Below are positions 38,816 through 49,155 of a DNA stretch of 64,000 nt, in pieces. Every line of letters starts with the position of its first letter. Position 1 is the stretch's first letter. Source of the stretch: Calditrichales bacterium. Lineage in GTDB: Bacteria; Calditrichota; Calditrichia; Calditrichales; J004. The stretch covers positions 4,512,001-4,576,000 of the forward strand of contig OZ254086.1 in the NCBI GenBank assembly GCA_965267575.1, read 5' to 3'. A program made the position numbers and the translations under genes. A model generated the notes under the pieces. The model saw nothing but the letters and a program-made list of their open reading frames with translations, had not been told where the DNA came from and did not search any database.

Positions 38816-39261
38816 AAACTGATTCCTTTGTTATTTGCGGGAGCGATCCGGTTCTAAATCTAAACCGGTATAAAAAAAGGCAGGGTTAAATATTATCGGT
38901 CGGCCGTAAACTGGCAGGAAGTAAAACGCGCAGTAGCCGGGAAACTCCGGGCGATGCTAAAAGAGCAAGGTTTTAAAATGATCTGGTTAAAGCGATCGCT
39001 TTTTATTAACACTTTTTGTTCTTTCGAAACAGATGCGGGTATTTTTTTGAGCATTTTACAAACTATTTTTCTACAATGTTTCATACTGAAAAACGGCGCA
39101 ATTTATTAAAGAATAAACGCGGTATCTATCAAAAACTTTTAAATTTTTAAGCAGGTTAGATTTGGGCTTAACCGGAACGTTTTTTGCTTATGCCGTAGAG
39201 AAATGCGTTTACCGGCAAAAGCAGTCCGATTGCGAATAAAAATCAAACAAAGGATAAAATT

Positions 39262-40785
39262 ATGCTGAAACATACAGCGGCTGTTTTGGCCCTTGCTTTT
39301 GCTGTTGCCGCGCAGAGTCCAAATATACAGTCTTATGATATTCTCATCAGCGGCGGAACGGTTATTGACGGCAGCGGAAGCAAAGGTTACCGGGCCGATG
39401 TACTGGTTAATGACGGAATGATCGTTCATATCGGTGATGTGGATACCAACGCGATCTCCGCGACAACTGTTATTGACGCCAGCGGGAAAGTGGTTTCGCC
39501 CGGGTTTATAGACAGCCACGCCCATGGCAATCCGTTGAAGACGCCGCAGTTCCACAACTTCAGTGCAATGGGCGTTACCACAATCGTGCTGGGACAGGAT
39601 GGTGCCAGCGCCAGAGATATCGGCCGATGGATGCAAGAAGTGGAAGCAGCGCGACCGGCCATCAACATTGCCACGCTTGTGGGCCACGGCAGCATGCGCA
39701 ATAAGGCAGGTATAGGATTGAATCCCGATCCGTCTGAAGAGCAACTGCGGCAGATGGCGGCACTGGTGGATGAAGCCCTGCAGGCCGGGGCTTTCGGGCT
39801 CTCCACGGGACTGGAGTACCAGCCGGGCACATTTTCAGACCTGGATGAGCTGATCGCCATCGGGAAGCCGGTTGGCAAACGGGGAAGCATCGTACACAGC
39901 CATACCCGTAACGAAGACAACGACGCTATCGACAGTTCGCTGGCAGAACTGTTTGCCATGGGTAAAGGCGCCGGTTGCGCCGTGCAGGTTTCACATTTGA
40001 AGGTCGTATACGGCAAAGGCATGGGGCGCGCTGAAGAGATCCTGGCGCAGATGGACGCGGCGCGAAAACGGGGACTCTCTGTCACAGCCGATATATATCC
40101 TTACACGGCCAGCTACACCGGCATCGGTATTGTTTTTCCCGATTGGGCGCTGCCGCCACACGATTACGATGAAGTGGTAGCGACAAAACGCGAAGAACTG
40201 GCTGCCTACCTGCGCAAACGCGTGAACCTGCGCAACGGACCGGAAGCCACACTGCTGGGCACGGCGCCATGGGCCGGTAAAACACTGGCACAAGTGGCGG
40301 CGGAATCGGGCAAGCCTTTCGAGGATGTGCTGATCGATGACATTGGTCCCCATGGCGCCAGCGCCGCTTACTTCGTCATGGACCGGGAACTGCAGGACCG
40401 CCTGTTTATCGATCCCCATGTGATGGCCTGCAGCGACGGCAGCCCGACCATGCGCCATCCGCGCGGCTACGGTTCTTTCGCCAAAGTGATCCGCTATTAC
40501 GTACGTGAACAAAAGCTGTTAACGCTGGAAGAAGCCATCCGCAAAATGAGCGGCCTGCCCGCTGAGACGCTGGGGCTTACCCGGCAAAAGCGTGGCTTGC
40601 TCAAGGAAGGTTTCGCCGCCGACATCCTGGTCTTTGATCCGGCTAAGGTAAATGATACGGCCACCTTCGAAAACCCGCATCAACTCGCCGAAGGTTTTGA
40701 CTGGGTGGTTGTAAACGGCGTGCTAGTATTTGGTGATGACGCGTTTACGGGAGCTGCTGGTGGAAAGATATTGAAAAAACGCTAA
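39262..40785 (+). CDS. N-acyl-D-amino-acid deacylase family amidohydrolase (secreted)
   Basis: SPGFIDSHAH, GLSTGLEY, HPRGYGSF and ADILVFDP; signal peptide. Confidence 0.9.
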   Translation: MLKHTAAVLALAFAVAAQSPNIQSYDILISGGTVIDGSGSKGYRADVLVNDGMIVHIGDVDTNAISATTVIDASGKVVSPGFIDSHAHGNPLKTPQFHNFSAMGVTTIVLGQDGASARDIGRWMQEVEAARPAINIATLVGHGSMRNKAGIGLNPDPSEEQLRQMAALVDEALQAGAFGLSTGLEYQPGTFSDLDELIAIGKPVGKRGSIVHSHTRNEDNDAIDSSLAELFAMGKGAGCAVQVSHLKVVYGKGMGRAEEILAQMDAARKRGLSVTADIYPYTASYTGIGIVFPDWALPPHDYDEVVATKREELAAYLRKRVNLRNGPEATLLGTAPWAGKTLAQVAAESGKPFEDVLIDDIGPHGASAAYFVMDRELQDRLFIDPHVMACSDGSPTMRHPRGYGSFAKVIRYYVREQKLLTLEEAIRKMSGLPAETLGLTRQKRGLLKEGFAADILVFDPAKVNDTATFENPHQLAEGFDWVVVNGVLVFGDDAFTGAAGGKILKKR

Positions 40786-40924
40786 GCGCCATCAAGGACT
40801 TTTCTTGACAAACCGCTTTGCCGGACGTTAATTATCCAAAAACCAGAAGGAATACTCCTTGAACGGGTGATAAGGATATAAAAATGGTATCGTCGTTATT
40901 AAAACACATAAGTGGAGAAAAAAA

Positions 40925-41143
40925 TTGGATACAAAAAAGCTCGTAGACGAAGCTATTGCCTTGCCAGTTGAAGAGAGAGCATTGCTGATTGACTGTCTGC
41001 TAAGAAGCCTTAACCCCATAGAGGAAGAAATTGAAAAAAAGTGGATCGAGGAGGCACGAAAAAGGCTGGAAGACGTCCGAAAGGGCAAAACAAAACTCAA
41101 ATCCGGGGAAAAAGTTTTCAGCGACATTTTATCAAAGCTTTAA
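40925..41143 (+). CDS. Addiction module component (putative antitoxin)
   Basis: ALPVEERALLIDCLLRSL...WIEEARKRL; directly precedes a RelE/ParE gene. Confidence 0.85.
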   Translation: MDTKKLVDEAIALPVEERALLIDCLLRSLNPIEEEIEKKWIEEARKRLEDVRKGKTKLKSGEKVFSDILSKL

Positions 41144-41437
41144 ATGAATTACTTCTTTTATCCCGAGGCCGAAAAGGAGCTTATTGAGGCTGTGGATTAT
41201 TACGAAGAAATCAGACAAAATCTTGGCCGGGATTTTGCCCTGGAGGTAAAGCTTGGGATAGAAAGAATCATATTGTTCCCGGAAGCCTGGCCCGAAATTG
41301 CTCAAGGCATAAGACGTAGTTTGCTTAAGCGCTTTCCCTATGGTCTTCTATATCATAGAGAAGAAGATTCAATATATATTTTAGCATTGATGAATCTTTA
41401 TAAAGAACCAGGCTATTGGAAAAACCGTACCAAATAA
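41144..41437 (+). CDS. RelE/ParE family toxin
   Basis: AEKELIEAVDYY, RRSLLKRFPYGLLY and PGYWKNR. Confidence 0.9.
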   Translation: MNYFFYPEAEKELIEAVDYYEEIRQNLGRDFALEVKLGIERIILFPEAWPEIAQGIRRSLLKRFPYGLLYHREEDSIYILALMNLYKEPGYWKNRTK

Positions 41438-41600
41438 GCACGCCCTTTACCACCACCACACCAAAACGTTAAACACCTTACCGATCTTCTCATCAAACAG
41501 CCCCACTTTTTAAAGCACAGAAAGCGTGGCATTCTTATATTAGCCAAAATCCCGCTTCACAGTGCTATAAGCAAAATTCAATCAATAAAGAATAGAGGAT

Positions 41601-43403
41601 GTGATCATGCCTTACAAGAATTTACCGGATATGTTCTATCAAACATGCGACACGTATGGCGAAAAGACGGTCATCAGATATAAAAGCAATGGCCAATACC
41701 AGTCCATGGATTACGTTAAGGCACGCCAGGATGTGTCGGAACTCGCCGCAGGATTGCTGGATCTGGGCGTCAACAGCGGCGACAAAATTGCTATCCTTTC
41801 GGAAACGCGCTACGAATGGGCCTTTTGCGATTACGCTATCCTGAGTTGCGGCGCCGTTACCGTGCCGGTTTACCCCACCTTATTGCCTGAACATGTCCGT
41901 TATATTCTCAACGATTGCGAGGCACGGGTTGTCATTGTCTCCAACGAAGAAGGGCTGGAAAAAGTACGCGAAGTAAGCGATAAGCTGCCTAACCTGAAAA
42001 AGATCATTATGATTGAAACGCATGAGGCAAAGGGTGAAAAACTCACCCGCTATGAAGACCTGCTGCAACAAGGCCGCAAACTGCTGGATGAAAAGCCGAA
42101 TTTGATAAAAGAACGCGTGGCCGGCATTGAGCGCAAAGAGCTGGCGACAATCATTTACACATCCGGGACAACAGGTGATCCCAAAGGGGTAATGCTCGGT
42201 CATGAACAGCTGCTTTCCAACATTGAAGCCACCACCCGCGCTGTCGCCCTGAACGAATCGGACACCTTTCTTTCCTTCCTGCCTCTCTCCCATGTGTTTG
42301 AACGCATGGCCGGGCACTACCTGCCCATGCACGTGGGCGCCACAATAGCTTACGCCGAATCCATCGATACGGTGCCCGAGAACCTGCAGGAAATAAGGCC
42401 GACGATTATGACAAGCGTCCCGCGCCTGTTTGAAAAAATCTACGCCAAGGTGCTGGGCTCCGTTGAAGAAGGCTCGGCCGTTAAGAGAAAACTGTTTTAT
42501 TGGGCGCTGGGTGTGGGCCGTGAGGTTTCTACATATTTTCAGCAGCACAAGCCGCTGCCCGGTGGTTTAAAGCTGAAACATGCCCTGGCCGACAAGCTTG
42601 TTTTTTCCAAGCTGCGAGGTCGTGTTGGTGGCAATATCCGATTTTTTGTTTCCGGTGGCGCACCGCTTTCAAAGGAAGTAGCCGAATTCTTCCTCGCCGC
42701 GGGATTGCTGATCCTGGAGGGCTATGGCATCACTGAGACTTCACCTGTTATCGCCGTTAACCGAATCGAAAAATATAAACCGGGCTCGGTGGGCGTGCCG
42801 CTTGACAATGCCGAAGTAAAGATCGCCGAAGACGGTGAAATTTTAACGCGCGGGCCGGCGGTGATGCAAGGCTATTTTAAAAACGAAGAAGAGACAAAAG
42901 ATGCCATCGACAATGACGGCTGGTACCACACCGGCGACATCGGCCATATCGATTCCGATGGCATGCTTGTAATTACGGACCGCAAAAAGAATATCATCGT
43001 GACGGCCGGCGGTAAAAACATCGCCCCGCAAAAGATCGAAAACATGCTGACCACATCGCGCTTAATTGAGCAGGCCGTCGTTGTCGGCGACCGCCGCAAA
43101 TTTTGCTCCGCGCTGATCGTACCGTCATTTGATGATGTGGAAAAGTTCGCGCAGGAAAAAGGAATCTCCTTCAGCTCGCGCAAAGAGCTTTGCCAAAATG
43201 AAAAAGTCCGCCAACTGATACAAAGCGAGATCGACAACGTCAACAAGGAGCTGGCTTCCTACGAGGCAGTCAAAAAATTTGTCCTGCTGGAAGAGCCTTT
43301 CAGCATCGAAAGCGGCGAGCTGACGCCATCAATGAAAGTGAAGCGCAAAGAAGTGGAGATCAACTACAGCGAGCTGATCGACAGCATGTACGAGCAGGCC
43401 TGA
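41601..43403 (+). CDS. fadD: Long-chain fatty acid--CoA ligase
   Basis: YTSGTTGDPKG, LPLSHVFER, EGYGITETSP, TGDIG and DRKKN. Confidence 0.93.
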   Translation: MIMPYKNLPDMFYQTCDTYGEKTVIRYKSNGQYQSMDYVKARQDVSELAAGLLDLGVNSGDKIAILSETRYEWAFCDYAILSCGAVTVPVYPTLLPEHVRYILNDCEARVVIVSNEEGLEKVREVSDKLPNLKKIIMIETHEAKGEKLTRYEDLLQQGRKLLDEKPNLIKERVAGIERKELATIIYTSGTTGDPKGVMLGHEQLLSNIEATTRAVALNESDTFLSFLPLSHVFERMAGHYLPMHVGATIAYAESIDTVPENLQEIRPTIMTSVPRLFEKIYAKVLGSVEEGSAVKRKLFYWALGVGREVSTYFQQHKPLPGGLKLKHALADKLVFSKLRGRVGGNIRFFVSGGAPLSKEVAEFFLAAGLLILEGYGITETSPVIAVNRIEKYKPGSVGVPLDNAEVKIAEDGEILTRGPAVMQGYFKNEEETKDAIDNDGWYHTGDIGHIDSDGMLVITDRKKNIIVTAGGKNIAPQKIENMLTTSRLIEQAVVVGDRRKFCSALIVPSFDDVEKFAQEKGISFSSRKELCQNEKVRQLIQSEIDNVNKELASYEAVKKFVLLEEPFSIESGELTPSMKVKRKEVEINYSELIDSMYEQA

Positions 43404-43416
43404 CCCGGCCAGCGTC

Positions 43417-44967
43417 ATGCCCGAATCCTTTTACGCCTCCGCGCAGAGCCGGCTAACGATTCCAAACGATAGCGCCTTCCTCAACCTGGCGCTGGAGTTT
43501 GTGCTGGGCAACGCGCGCATTATGGGCTTTGCCGAGAAGGCCATCAACGATATCCAGGTGGCCGCCGAAGAGGCCGTCAGCAACGTGATAAAACACGCCT
43601 TTGGCCCGGGTGTTCGCGCTGAATTCGACATTATCTGCGAGCACATCCCGCTCGGCCTGAAAATCCGCATACGCGACAAAGGCCTGCCCTTCGATCCGGC
43701 CGCAGTGCCCAAGTACACGCCCGAAGACCCGGAACAATCGGCAGCCGCCGGCGGACTGGGCTTCTTCCTGATGCACCGTTTTATGGACGACATCAGTTTT
43801 GAAATTTTGGGTCGCGACGGCAAAGAGGTCCGCATGACAAAGTACCTGCACCGGGCCACGGCCGAAGGCAACGGGCAGCCCGCGGAACGCGACAACGCTA
43901 CCGGCCCGGAAGAAGAACTCCCAGCGCCACGTTCCATTCCTTTTAAAGTACGCCGCGCCACGGCCGATGAAGCCATCGAGATTTCGCGGTGCGCCTACGA
44001 TGCCTACGAATACTCCTACGGCCACGAGCATATCTACTATCCCGAACGCCTCAAACAGTTGATTGCCAGTGGCCAGATCATTTCCGCTGTGGCGGTCACC
44101 AAAGAAGAACCGCAGCGTATTATGGCCCATAACGCGCTTATTTTTGATGCACCGGGGGATAAGATCGCCGAGATGGGCATGGCCTTTACAAAACGCCAAT
44201 TTCAAAACCAGGGCTGTTCTACCAGACTGGGATTTTTTCTTTTAAAAGAAGCCCTGAAGCGTGGCGTGGCGGGACTGCTGCTGGATTGCACGACCACCCA
44301 CATCTATTCGCAAAAAGCGGCCATAAACGGCGGTTGCCGCGAATGCTGTATTCTGCTTGGTATCGATCCGCAGGCCCAAAGCTGGAAACACTTTTCATCG
44401 CAAAGCCAGCGCGTAAGCAATGTTATTGCCTATAAAAGCGTACCGCTGGCAGCGGGCGTACAAAAGCTGAGAGGCCGAAAAACGCTCTACCCCCCGCCCC
44501 GTCATGCCGGCATAATCCGCGCGATTTATACTAACCTAAAGCAAAAGGCCCGCTTTGCCAGCGCACCCAAAACGGAGACGACACAGCCCGCCGCGCTCTC
44601 CACTATTCACGTGCATACCGGTAAATCTTTCCAGCAAAACGCCACCATCGAGGTGCGTGCCTATGGCGCCGACGCGCTGGAACAGGTTGGCCGTACCCTG
44701 CGCCGCCTTTGTCTCGACAAGCTTGAAGTGGTGTATCTGCTGCTCGACCTGGAAGACCCGCTGACGGCGAAGTATTGCGCCGACTTTGAAGAGCTGGGTT
44801 TTTTCTTTGCCGGCATCATCCCCGGCGCGGACAAACATGACCGGCTGGAACTCCAATACCTCAATAACGTAGCCATTAATTACTCAGAGATTGCACTCTA
44901 TTCCGATTTTGCCAAAGAATTGCTGGCCTACATCAAAGAGCGCGATCCCATCCAAAAGACACTTTAA
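43417..44967 (+). CDS. Anti-sigma-type ATPase (HATPase_c_2) fused to GNAT-like domain
   Basis: EEAVSNVIKHA, DKGLPFDP and GGLGFFLM; then AEMGMAFT-x3-FQNQG acetyl-CoA-binding-like motif and LGFFFAGIIP. Confidence 0.8.
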   Translation: MPESFYASAQSRLTIPNDSAFLNLALEFVLGNARIMGFAEKAINDIQVAAEEAVSNVIKHAFGPGVRAEFDIICEHIPLGLKIRIRDKGLPFDPAAVPKYTPEDPEQSAAAGGLGFFLMHRFMDDISFEILGRDGKEVRMTKYLHRATAEGNGQPAERDNATGPEEELPAPRSIPFKVRRATADEAIEISRCAYDAYEYSYGHEHIYYPERLKQLIASGQIISAVAVTKEEPQRIMAHNALIFDAPGDKIAEMGMAFTKRQFQNQGCSTRLGFFLLKEALKRGVAGLLLDCTTTHIYSQKAAINGGCRECCILLGIDPQAQSWKHFSSQSQRVSNVIAYKSVPLAAGVQKLRGRKTLYPPPRHAGIIRAIYTNLKQKARFASAPKTETTQPAALSTIHVHTGKSFQQNATIEVRAYGADALEQVGRTLRRLCLDKLEVVYLLLDLEDPLTAKYCADFEELGFFFAGIIPGADKHDRLELQYLNNVAINYSEIALYSDFAKELLAYIKERDPIQKTL

Positions 44968-45000
44968 AGTAGTCAAAACACCTGACCGTTTGGAGATGTT

Positions 45001-45726
45001 ATGACGCACAACTCAGGGAAACATAAGGGACAAACCGTGGGCCTTGCTCAACCACGCGCTGCCCGGGACATCATTATTGTTGGCGCGCCCGTCATACTGC
45101 TTGGAATTATGGGAACCGTTGTTGGGGGCAGCAGGCTTCTGGGCGGCGCCATCATCAACCTGGGTTACCTGGCAATGATTTTTGCCGGGGCCCGGCTGCT
45201 CAAAAAGCAAGGCAGCAGTTGGAAAGAAATTGGACTGAAAGCACCGGCACAGCGCTTTAAAACAGTGCTGTTGGGCGTGGCCGCTTTTGTAGGCGCGCTT
45301 ATATTATTTGTTGCCGCGCAGGGTGCCGCCGCGGCTGCCCTCGATGCCCTGGGCATGGCAGGCCAGCAGCTGGACCAAAGCCGCTTTAACCCGCTCCAAG
45401 ATAACCTACCCTTGTTTATTTTACTGCTGGTTTTGGCCTGGACAACCATTGCCTTTGGTGAAGAGCTTTTTTACCGCGCCTTCCTGATCACACGGCTGGT
45501 AGACCACGGCGGAATGCGGCGGGCTGTTGCCATCGCCATCTCCGGGATTGTGTTTGGCCTGGTCCATTTTGCCGAAGGCCAGGTGGGGATTTTCGCGAAT
45601 GCTGCGTTTGGCTTTTTGTTTGGCTGGATTTTTGTGAAGAGCGGGCGCAACCTGTGGATCACGATTATCGCCCACGGCATATTAAACACGCTGCGCTTTA
45701 GCTTGCTTTACGCGGGTGCTGTTTAA
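45001..45726 (+). CDS. CPBP (CAAX/Abi) intramembrane metalloprotease
   Basis: GEELFYRAF, FGLVH and AHGILN. Confidence 0.9.
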   Translation: MTHNSGKHKGQTVGLAQPRAARDIIIVGAPVILLGIMGTVVGGSRLLGGAIINLGYLAMIFAGARLLKKQGSSWKEIGLKAPAQRFKTVLLGVAAFVGALILFVAAQGAAAAALDALGMAGQQLDQSRFNPLQDNLPLFILLLVLAWTTIAFGEELFYRAFLITRLVDHGGMRRAVAIAISGIVFGLVHFAEGQVGIFANAAFGFLFGWIFVKSGRNLWITIIAHGILNTLRFSLLYAGAV

Positions 45727-45760
45727 GGCGCTTACGGCTTAAAATAGCAAATTAAAATTT

Positions 45761-46963
45761 TTAGAATTTATTTTTATTCACCCAATCCATCACACCCGCC
45801 GCGGGCCGGCCACGCTTTAATTCACCAGCCATAAAACGCATGTAAGGATCAATATGCCGGAAGAATTTTTTATAGCCGGTGCAAAGATAATTCAAGCCCT
45901 CTTCGCCATCGGGGGTTTGGATAAAGCGGTGCTTGGGACACTCACCATGGCAGGCAAACCGCACGTCACATTCGCGACAGTAGCGCGGCAGCGCATCCCG
46001 TTTATCGCGGCCAAAGGCGCGTTGTTTTTCTGAGGCCGCCAGTTTGGCCAACCCTTCTTCCATGATGTTTCCTAGGCGGTTTTGCGGGTAGACATAATGA
46101 TCGCAGGAATAGAGATCGCCGTTGTGCTCCAGCGCCATGGCGTCACCGCAGGTGGGACGAAAAACACACAGGCTGGACGGCATGCCCATCCACGCCTCCA
46201 GCGCCACATCAAAAAGCTGCACAAAAACGCTGCCCACATCCTTTCGCACCCACTCATCAAATATAGCGATGAGGAAATCACCGTAATGTTCCGCACCGAC
46301 GGACCACGGGCTGACGCGCGCCTCACCGGCATAATCGGGCTTTACCATGTTTTGTCCATGCGGCGATTGCTTTGCCGCCAGGCGCTCCACGATGGGTATA
46401 AATTGCATATGGCTGCTGCCGGCCTGTTTCAGGAAACGGTAAATCTCCAAAGGTGAAGAAGCATTATCCCTCTGCACGACGGTCAGCGTGTTAAACTCCA
46501 CCCGGTGCTTCTGCAGCAGATTCAAACCGGCCATCACTTCGGCAAACGAGCCCTTGCCACCCTTGTTGACACGATGTGCATTATGCAGCTCCTTCGGCCC
46601 GTCGATCGACAACCCGATCAGGAAATTATTCTCACGGAAAAAGCGACACCAGGCGTCGTCCAGCAAAACGCCGTTGGTCTGCAGACTGTTTTCGATAATC
46701 TTGCCATTGCCGTATTTCTGCTGCAGATTCACCACCTTCTCAAAGAAGTCCACGCCCAAAAGCGTCGGCTCCCCGCCCTGCCAGGCAAAGACCGCATAAT
46801 CCCCCGGCTGCGATTCGATATACTGGCGGACATAGTTTTCCAGCACCTCATCACTCATACGAAAATCGACTGTGCCCGGATAGAGCTTCTCTTTTTCCAG
46901 GTAATAGCAATAGCTGCAATCCAAATTGCAGATTGCGCCGGTGGGTTTGGACATTATGTTCAT
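45761..46963 (-). CDS. Anaerobic sulfatase maturase (radical SAM/SPASM)
   Basis: CNLDCSYCYY, WQGGEPTL, SIDGP, YSCDHYV and CRECDVRFACHGECPK. Confidence 0.93.
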   Translation of the reverse strand: MNIMSKPTGAICNLDCSYCYYLEKEKLYPGTVDFRMSDEVLENYVRQYIESQPGDYAVFAWQGGEPTLLGVDFFEKVVNLQQKYGNGKIIENSLQTNGVLLDDAWCRFFRENNFLIGLSIDGPKELHNAHRVNKGGKGSFAEVMAGLNLLQKHRVEFNTLTVVQRDNASSPLEIYRFLKQAGSSHMQFIPIVERLAAKQSPHGQNMVKPDYAGEARVSPWSVGAEHYGDFLIAIFDEWVRKDVGSVFVQLFDVALEAWMGMPSSLCVFRPTCGDAMALEHNGDLYSCDHYVYPQNRLGNIMEEGLAKLAASEKQRAFGRDKRDALPRYCRECDVRFACHGECPKHRFIQTPDGEEGLNYLCTGYKKFFRHIDPYMRFMAGELKRGRPAAGVMDWVNKNKF

Positions 46964-47201
46964 AACGTAAGCGTTTTAGTAGCCAGACGTTTGTTTTTAC
47001 CCTTGAAGGTCATCCTTGCGAAAGCTTCCTGGATTCACGATCATAGTCAGGAATGATATTGTTGGTTGGTGATGAGCCAAATGTTGCGCAAAATGAATGT
47101 CGCATTTTACAATAAATCAGTAATCGAATCATTCTCATTCGTCAAAAATAATCCGAAAACCTACAAATTAAAATTGATTTTTTGGATGGCTTTACTATAT
47201 T

Positions 47202-47220
47202 AATAATGAAAATCATTATC
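47202..47220. promoter_or_regulatory. Fur box upstream of the fur-family gene
   Basis: AATAATGAAAATCATTATC matches the GATAATGATAATCATTATC consensus at 17/19. Confidence 0.8.
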
Positions 47221-47229
47221 AATAAGATT

Positions 47230-47697
47230 ATGACACAAAAGAAACCTGCACACGGACAATATGACGAGCTGAAAGAGCGCGGGCTGCGCATCACAAAACC
47301 GCGCAAGGCGATCCTCGATATTTTGCACGAGACCCTGGAGCATCCCTCCGCTGAGGAGATCTACATGCAGGTGCACCGTTCTTACCCTAATATCGGACTG
47401 ACCACCGTTTACCGCACGCTGGATCTGCTGGCAGATATGGGCATTATTGCTACCCTGCACGTCGGGGATGGACGCAATCGTTACGAGCTTGTGCAAAGTT
47501 CCCAAAAGCCCGGGCATCATCATCACCTGGTTTGCACAGGCTGCAAAAAGATCATCGATTATGATGACTTTGTGGATGAGGAGGTACAACTGCTTAACAA
47601 AGTTGAAAGGTCGCTTACCGATAAGCACAACTTTGATATCACCGGCCATACGATCCAGTTTTACGGCATTTGCGACGATTGCCGCAGCACGGGGTAA
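47230..47697 (+). CDS. fur: Fur-family transcriptional regulator
   Basis: GLRITKPR, HPSAEEIY, TVYRTL, HHHHLVCTGC and GICDDC. Confidence 0.92.
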   Translation: MTQKKPAHGQYDELKERGLRITKPRKAILDILHETLEHPSAEEIYMQVHRSYPNIGLTTVYRTLDLLADMGIIATLHVGDGRNRYELVQSSQKPGHHHHLVCTGCKKIIDYDDFVDEEVQLLNKVERSLTDKHNFDITGHTIQFYGICDDCRSTG

Positions 47698-47717
47698 ACT
47701 TTTTTTGCTTTCTTATT

Positions 47718-47736
47718 GATAATGATTGTCATTTAC
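47718..47736. promoter_or_regulatory. Second Fur box upstream of the metal/Fe-S operon
   Basis: GATAATGATTGTCATTTAC matches the consensus at 15/19. Confidence 0.7.
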
Positions 47737-47749
47737 AAAAAGGTGTGTT

Positions 47750-47941
47750 ATGGAAACTAAACGACATGATATGGGAACCGGCGGAAGCTGTGTCTGCTCC
47801 CATTGCGGATATAAAGAGGCGCACTACCGTGGTGTGCCCTGCCAGCAGAAGCGTTGTCCACGCTGTGGCGCCAAAATGCTTCGTTCCGGCTCTTATCATT
47901 ACAGTTTGTGGCTGAAAAAACAGAACTCCCGGATACAATAG
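47750..47941 (+). CDS. Small Cys-rich (zinc-ribbon/Fe-binding) protein
   Basis: GTGGSCVCSHCG...GVPCQQKRCPRCG; SD AAGG. Confidence 0.8.
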   Translation: METKRHDMGTGGSCVCSHCGYKEAHYRGVPCQQKRCPRCGAKMLRSGSYHYSLWLKKQNSRIQ

Positions 47942-47968
47942 AACACGATTCGTCACAAGGAGGGAATC

Positions 47969-48349
47969 ATGAAAATTGCGGTTGCGACGCTGGACGGTAC
48001 AAACATATCCGGACACTTCGGCAAAAGTCCGTATTTTACAATCTTTATTATCGACGGTGGCAGGATCGCTTCTTCGTTTAATCGCAAAAACGACTTTTCG
48101 CGCAATTTTAGCAAACAGGATTATGCCCACCTGAACGAGGAAGACGGTCGCCGCCACGCGCATTTGCAGGCCGCGGAAAACCTGGCTGATTGCAGCGTGC
48201 TGATTACCGGAAACATGGGACAGCGGGCGTGGGATGACCTTACCAGCGCCGGTATCGACATCTTTATAACAGAAGAATCCATCGCCGGTAAAGCGGTTGA
48301 AAAATACCTTGCAGGCACGTTGATCAATCACTCGGAGAAGCTACACTAG
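47969..48349 (+). CDS. NifB/NifX-family FeMo-cofactor-binding-like protein
   Basis: MKIAV...ISGHFGKSPYF and DCSVLITGNMGQRA. Confidence 0.88.
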   Translation: MKIAVATLDGTNISGHFGKSPYFTIFIIDGGRIASSFNRKNDFSRNFSKQDYAHLNEEDGRRHAHLQAAENLADCSVLITGNMGQRAWDDLTSAGIDIFITEESIAGKAVEKYLAGTLINHSEKLH

Positions 48350-48357
48350 GATGTGAT

Positions 48358-48708
48358 ATGGCCGTCATCGGCGACGTCTTTGGCCAGGCGTTAATGATCA
48401 GCAGCTTTGTTTTCACAATGATGCTGGTAATCGAATATGTAAATGTTCTTTCAAATGGTTTTTTACAAAACCGCTTATCTGTTTTGGCAGGACTCATCCC
48501 GCAATCGGGCCCGCACCTTGTGTTTGTAACATTGTTTGCCAGCGGAGCTTTGCCCTTTTCCATCCTGCTGGCCAGCTCCATCACACAGGACGGTCACGGC
48601 ATGCTGCCTTTACTAGCACATTCACGAAAAGATTTTAGCAAGGTAAAAACCATAAACATGATTACCGGATTTCTGGCGGGAGCGATTCTCCTGCCGGCCG
48701 GTGTCTAA
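48358..48708 (+). pseudogene. Internally deleted putative metal (Mn/As)-transporter family gene
   Basis: N-terminal MMLVIEYVNV joined directly to C-terminal GLIPQSGPHLVFVTLF...SSITQDGHGMLPLL; only 116 aa. Confidence 0.6.
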
Positions 48709-48725
48709 TATCAAAAGGAGTATCC

Positions 48726-49145
48726 ATGCAGAGAGAAGGTTTAATTAAAGGGCTGAACGAAGACCTGGCCGCGGAATGGGGCACCATCATCCGCTACACC
48801 TATCAGGCCGGAAAATCATTTGGTTTGATGGGCGCGGAGATGCGTGAGATTTTTCAACGTGAAATCCAGGATGAAATCGGCCACGCCTCGTTTTTAACAG
48901 ACGTAATCATCGATATGGGCGGCGAGCCGGTCACGGAGCCGAAGAGTTTTCATAAAGCGGGTACTCTGAAAGAGATGCTGCAGCAAGACCTGGAGATGGA
49001 ACTGGCCGACGTTAAAAACTACCAGCTTCACGCGCAGTGGGCCGAAGAGCTCGGCGAAGTGGAACTGAAAGTAAAACTGGAAGAGATGGCCGCCGACGAG
49101 GCCGGACATGCCCGCGAAATCCGTCGGCTGATAAAAGGGCTGTAG
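48726..49145 (+). CDS. Ferritin-like/bacterioferritin-like di-iron protein
   Basis: LNEDLAAEW..., DEIGH, E-x-x-DVKNY and DEAGH di-iron motifs. Confidence 0.85.
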   Translation: MQREGLIKGLNEDLAAEWGTIIRYTYQAGKSFGLMGAEMREIFQREIQDEIGHASFLTDVIIDMGGEPVTEPKSFHKAGTLKEMLQQDLEMELADVKNYQLHAQWAEELGEVELKVKLEEMAADEAGHAREIRRLIKGL

Positions 49146-49155
49146 CACGGAGAGC

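Noticed and set aside
47969..48349. Evidence of nitrogen fixation
   Set aside because: NifB/NifX-like small proteins are widespread in non-diazotrophs, and no nifHDK is in the window.
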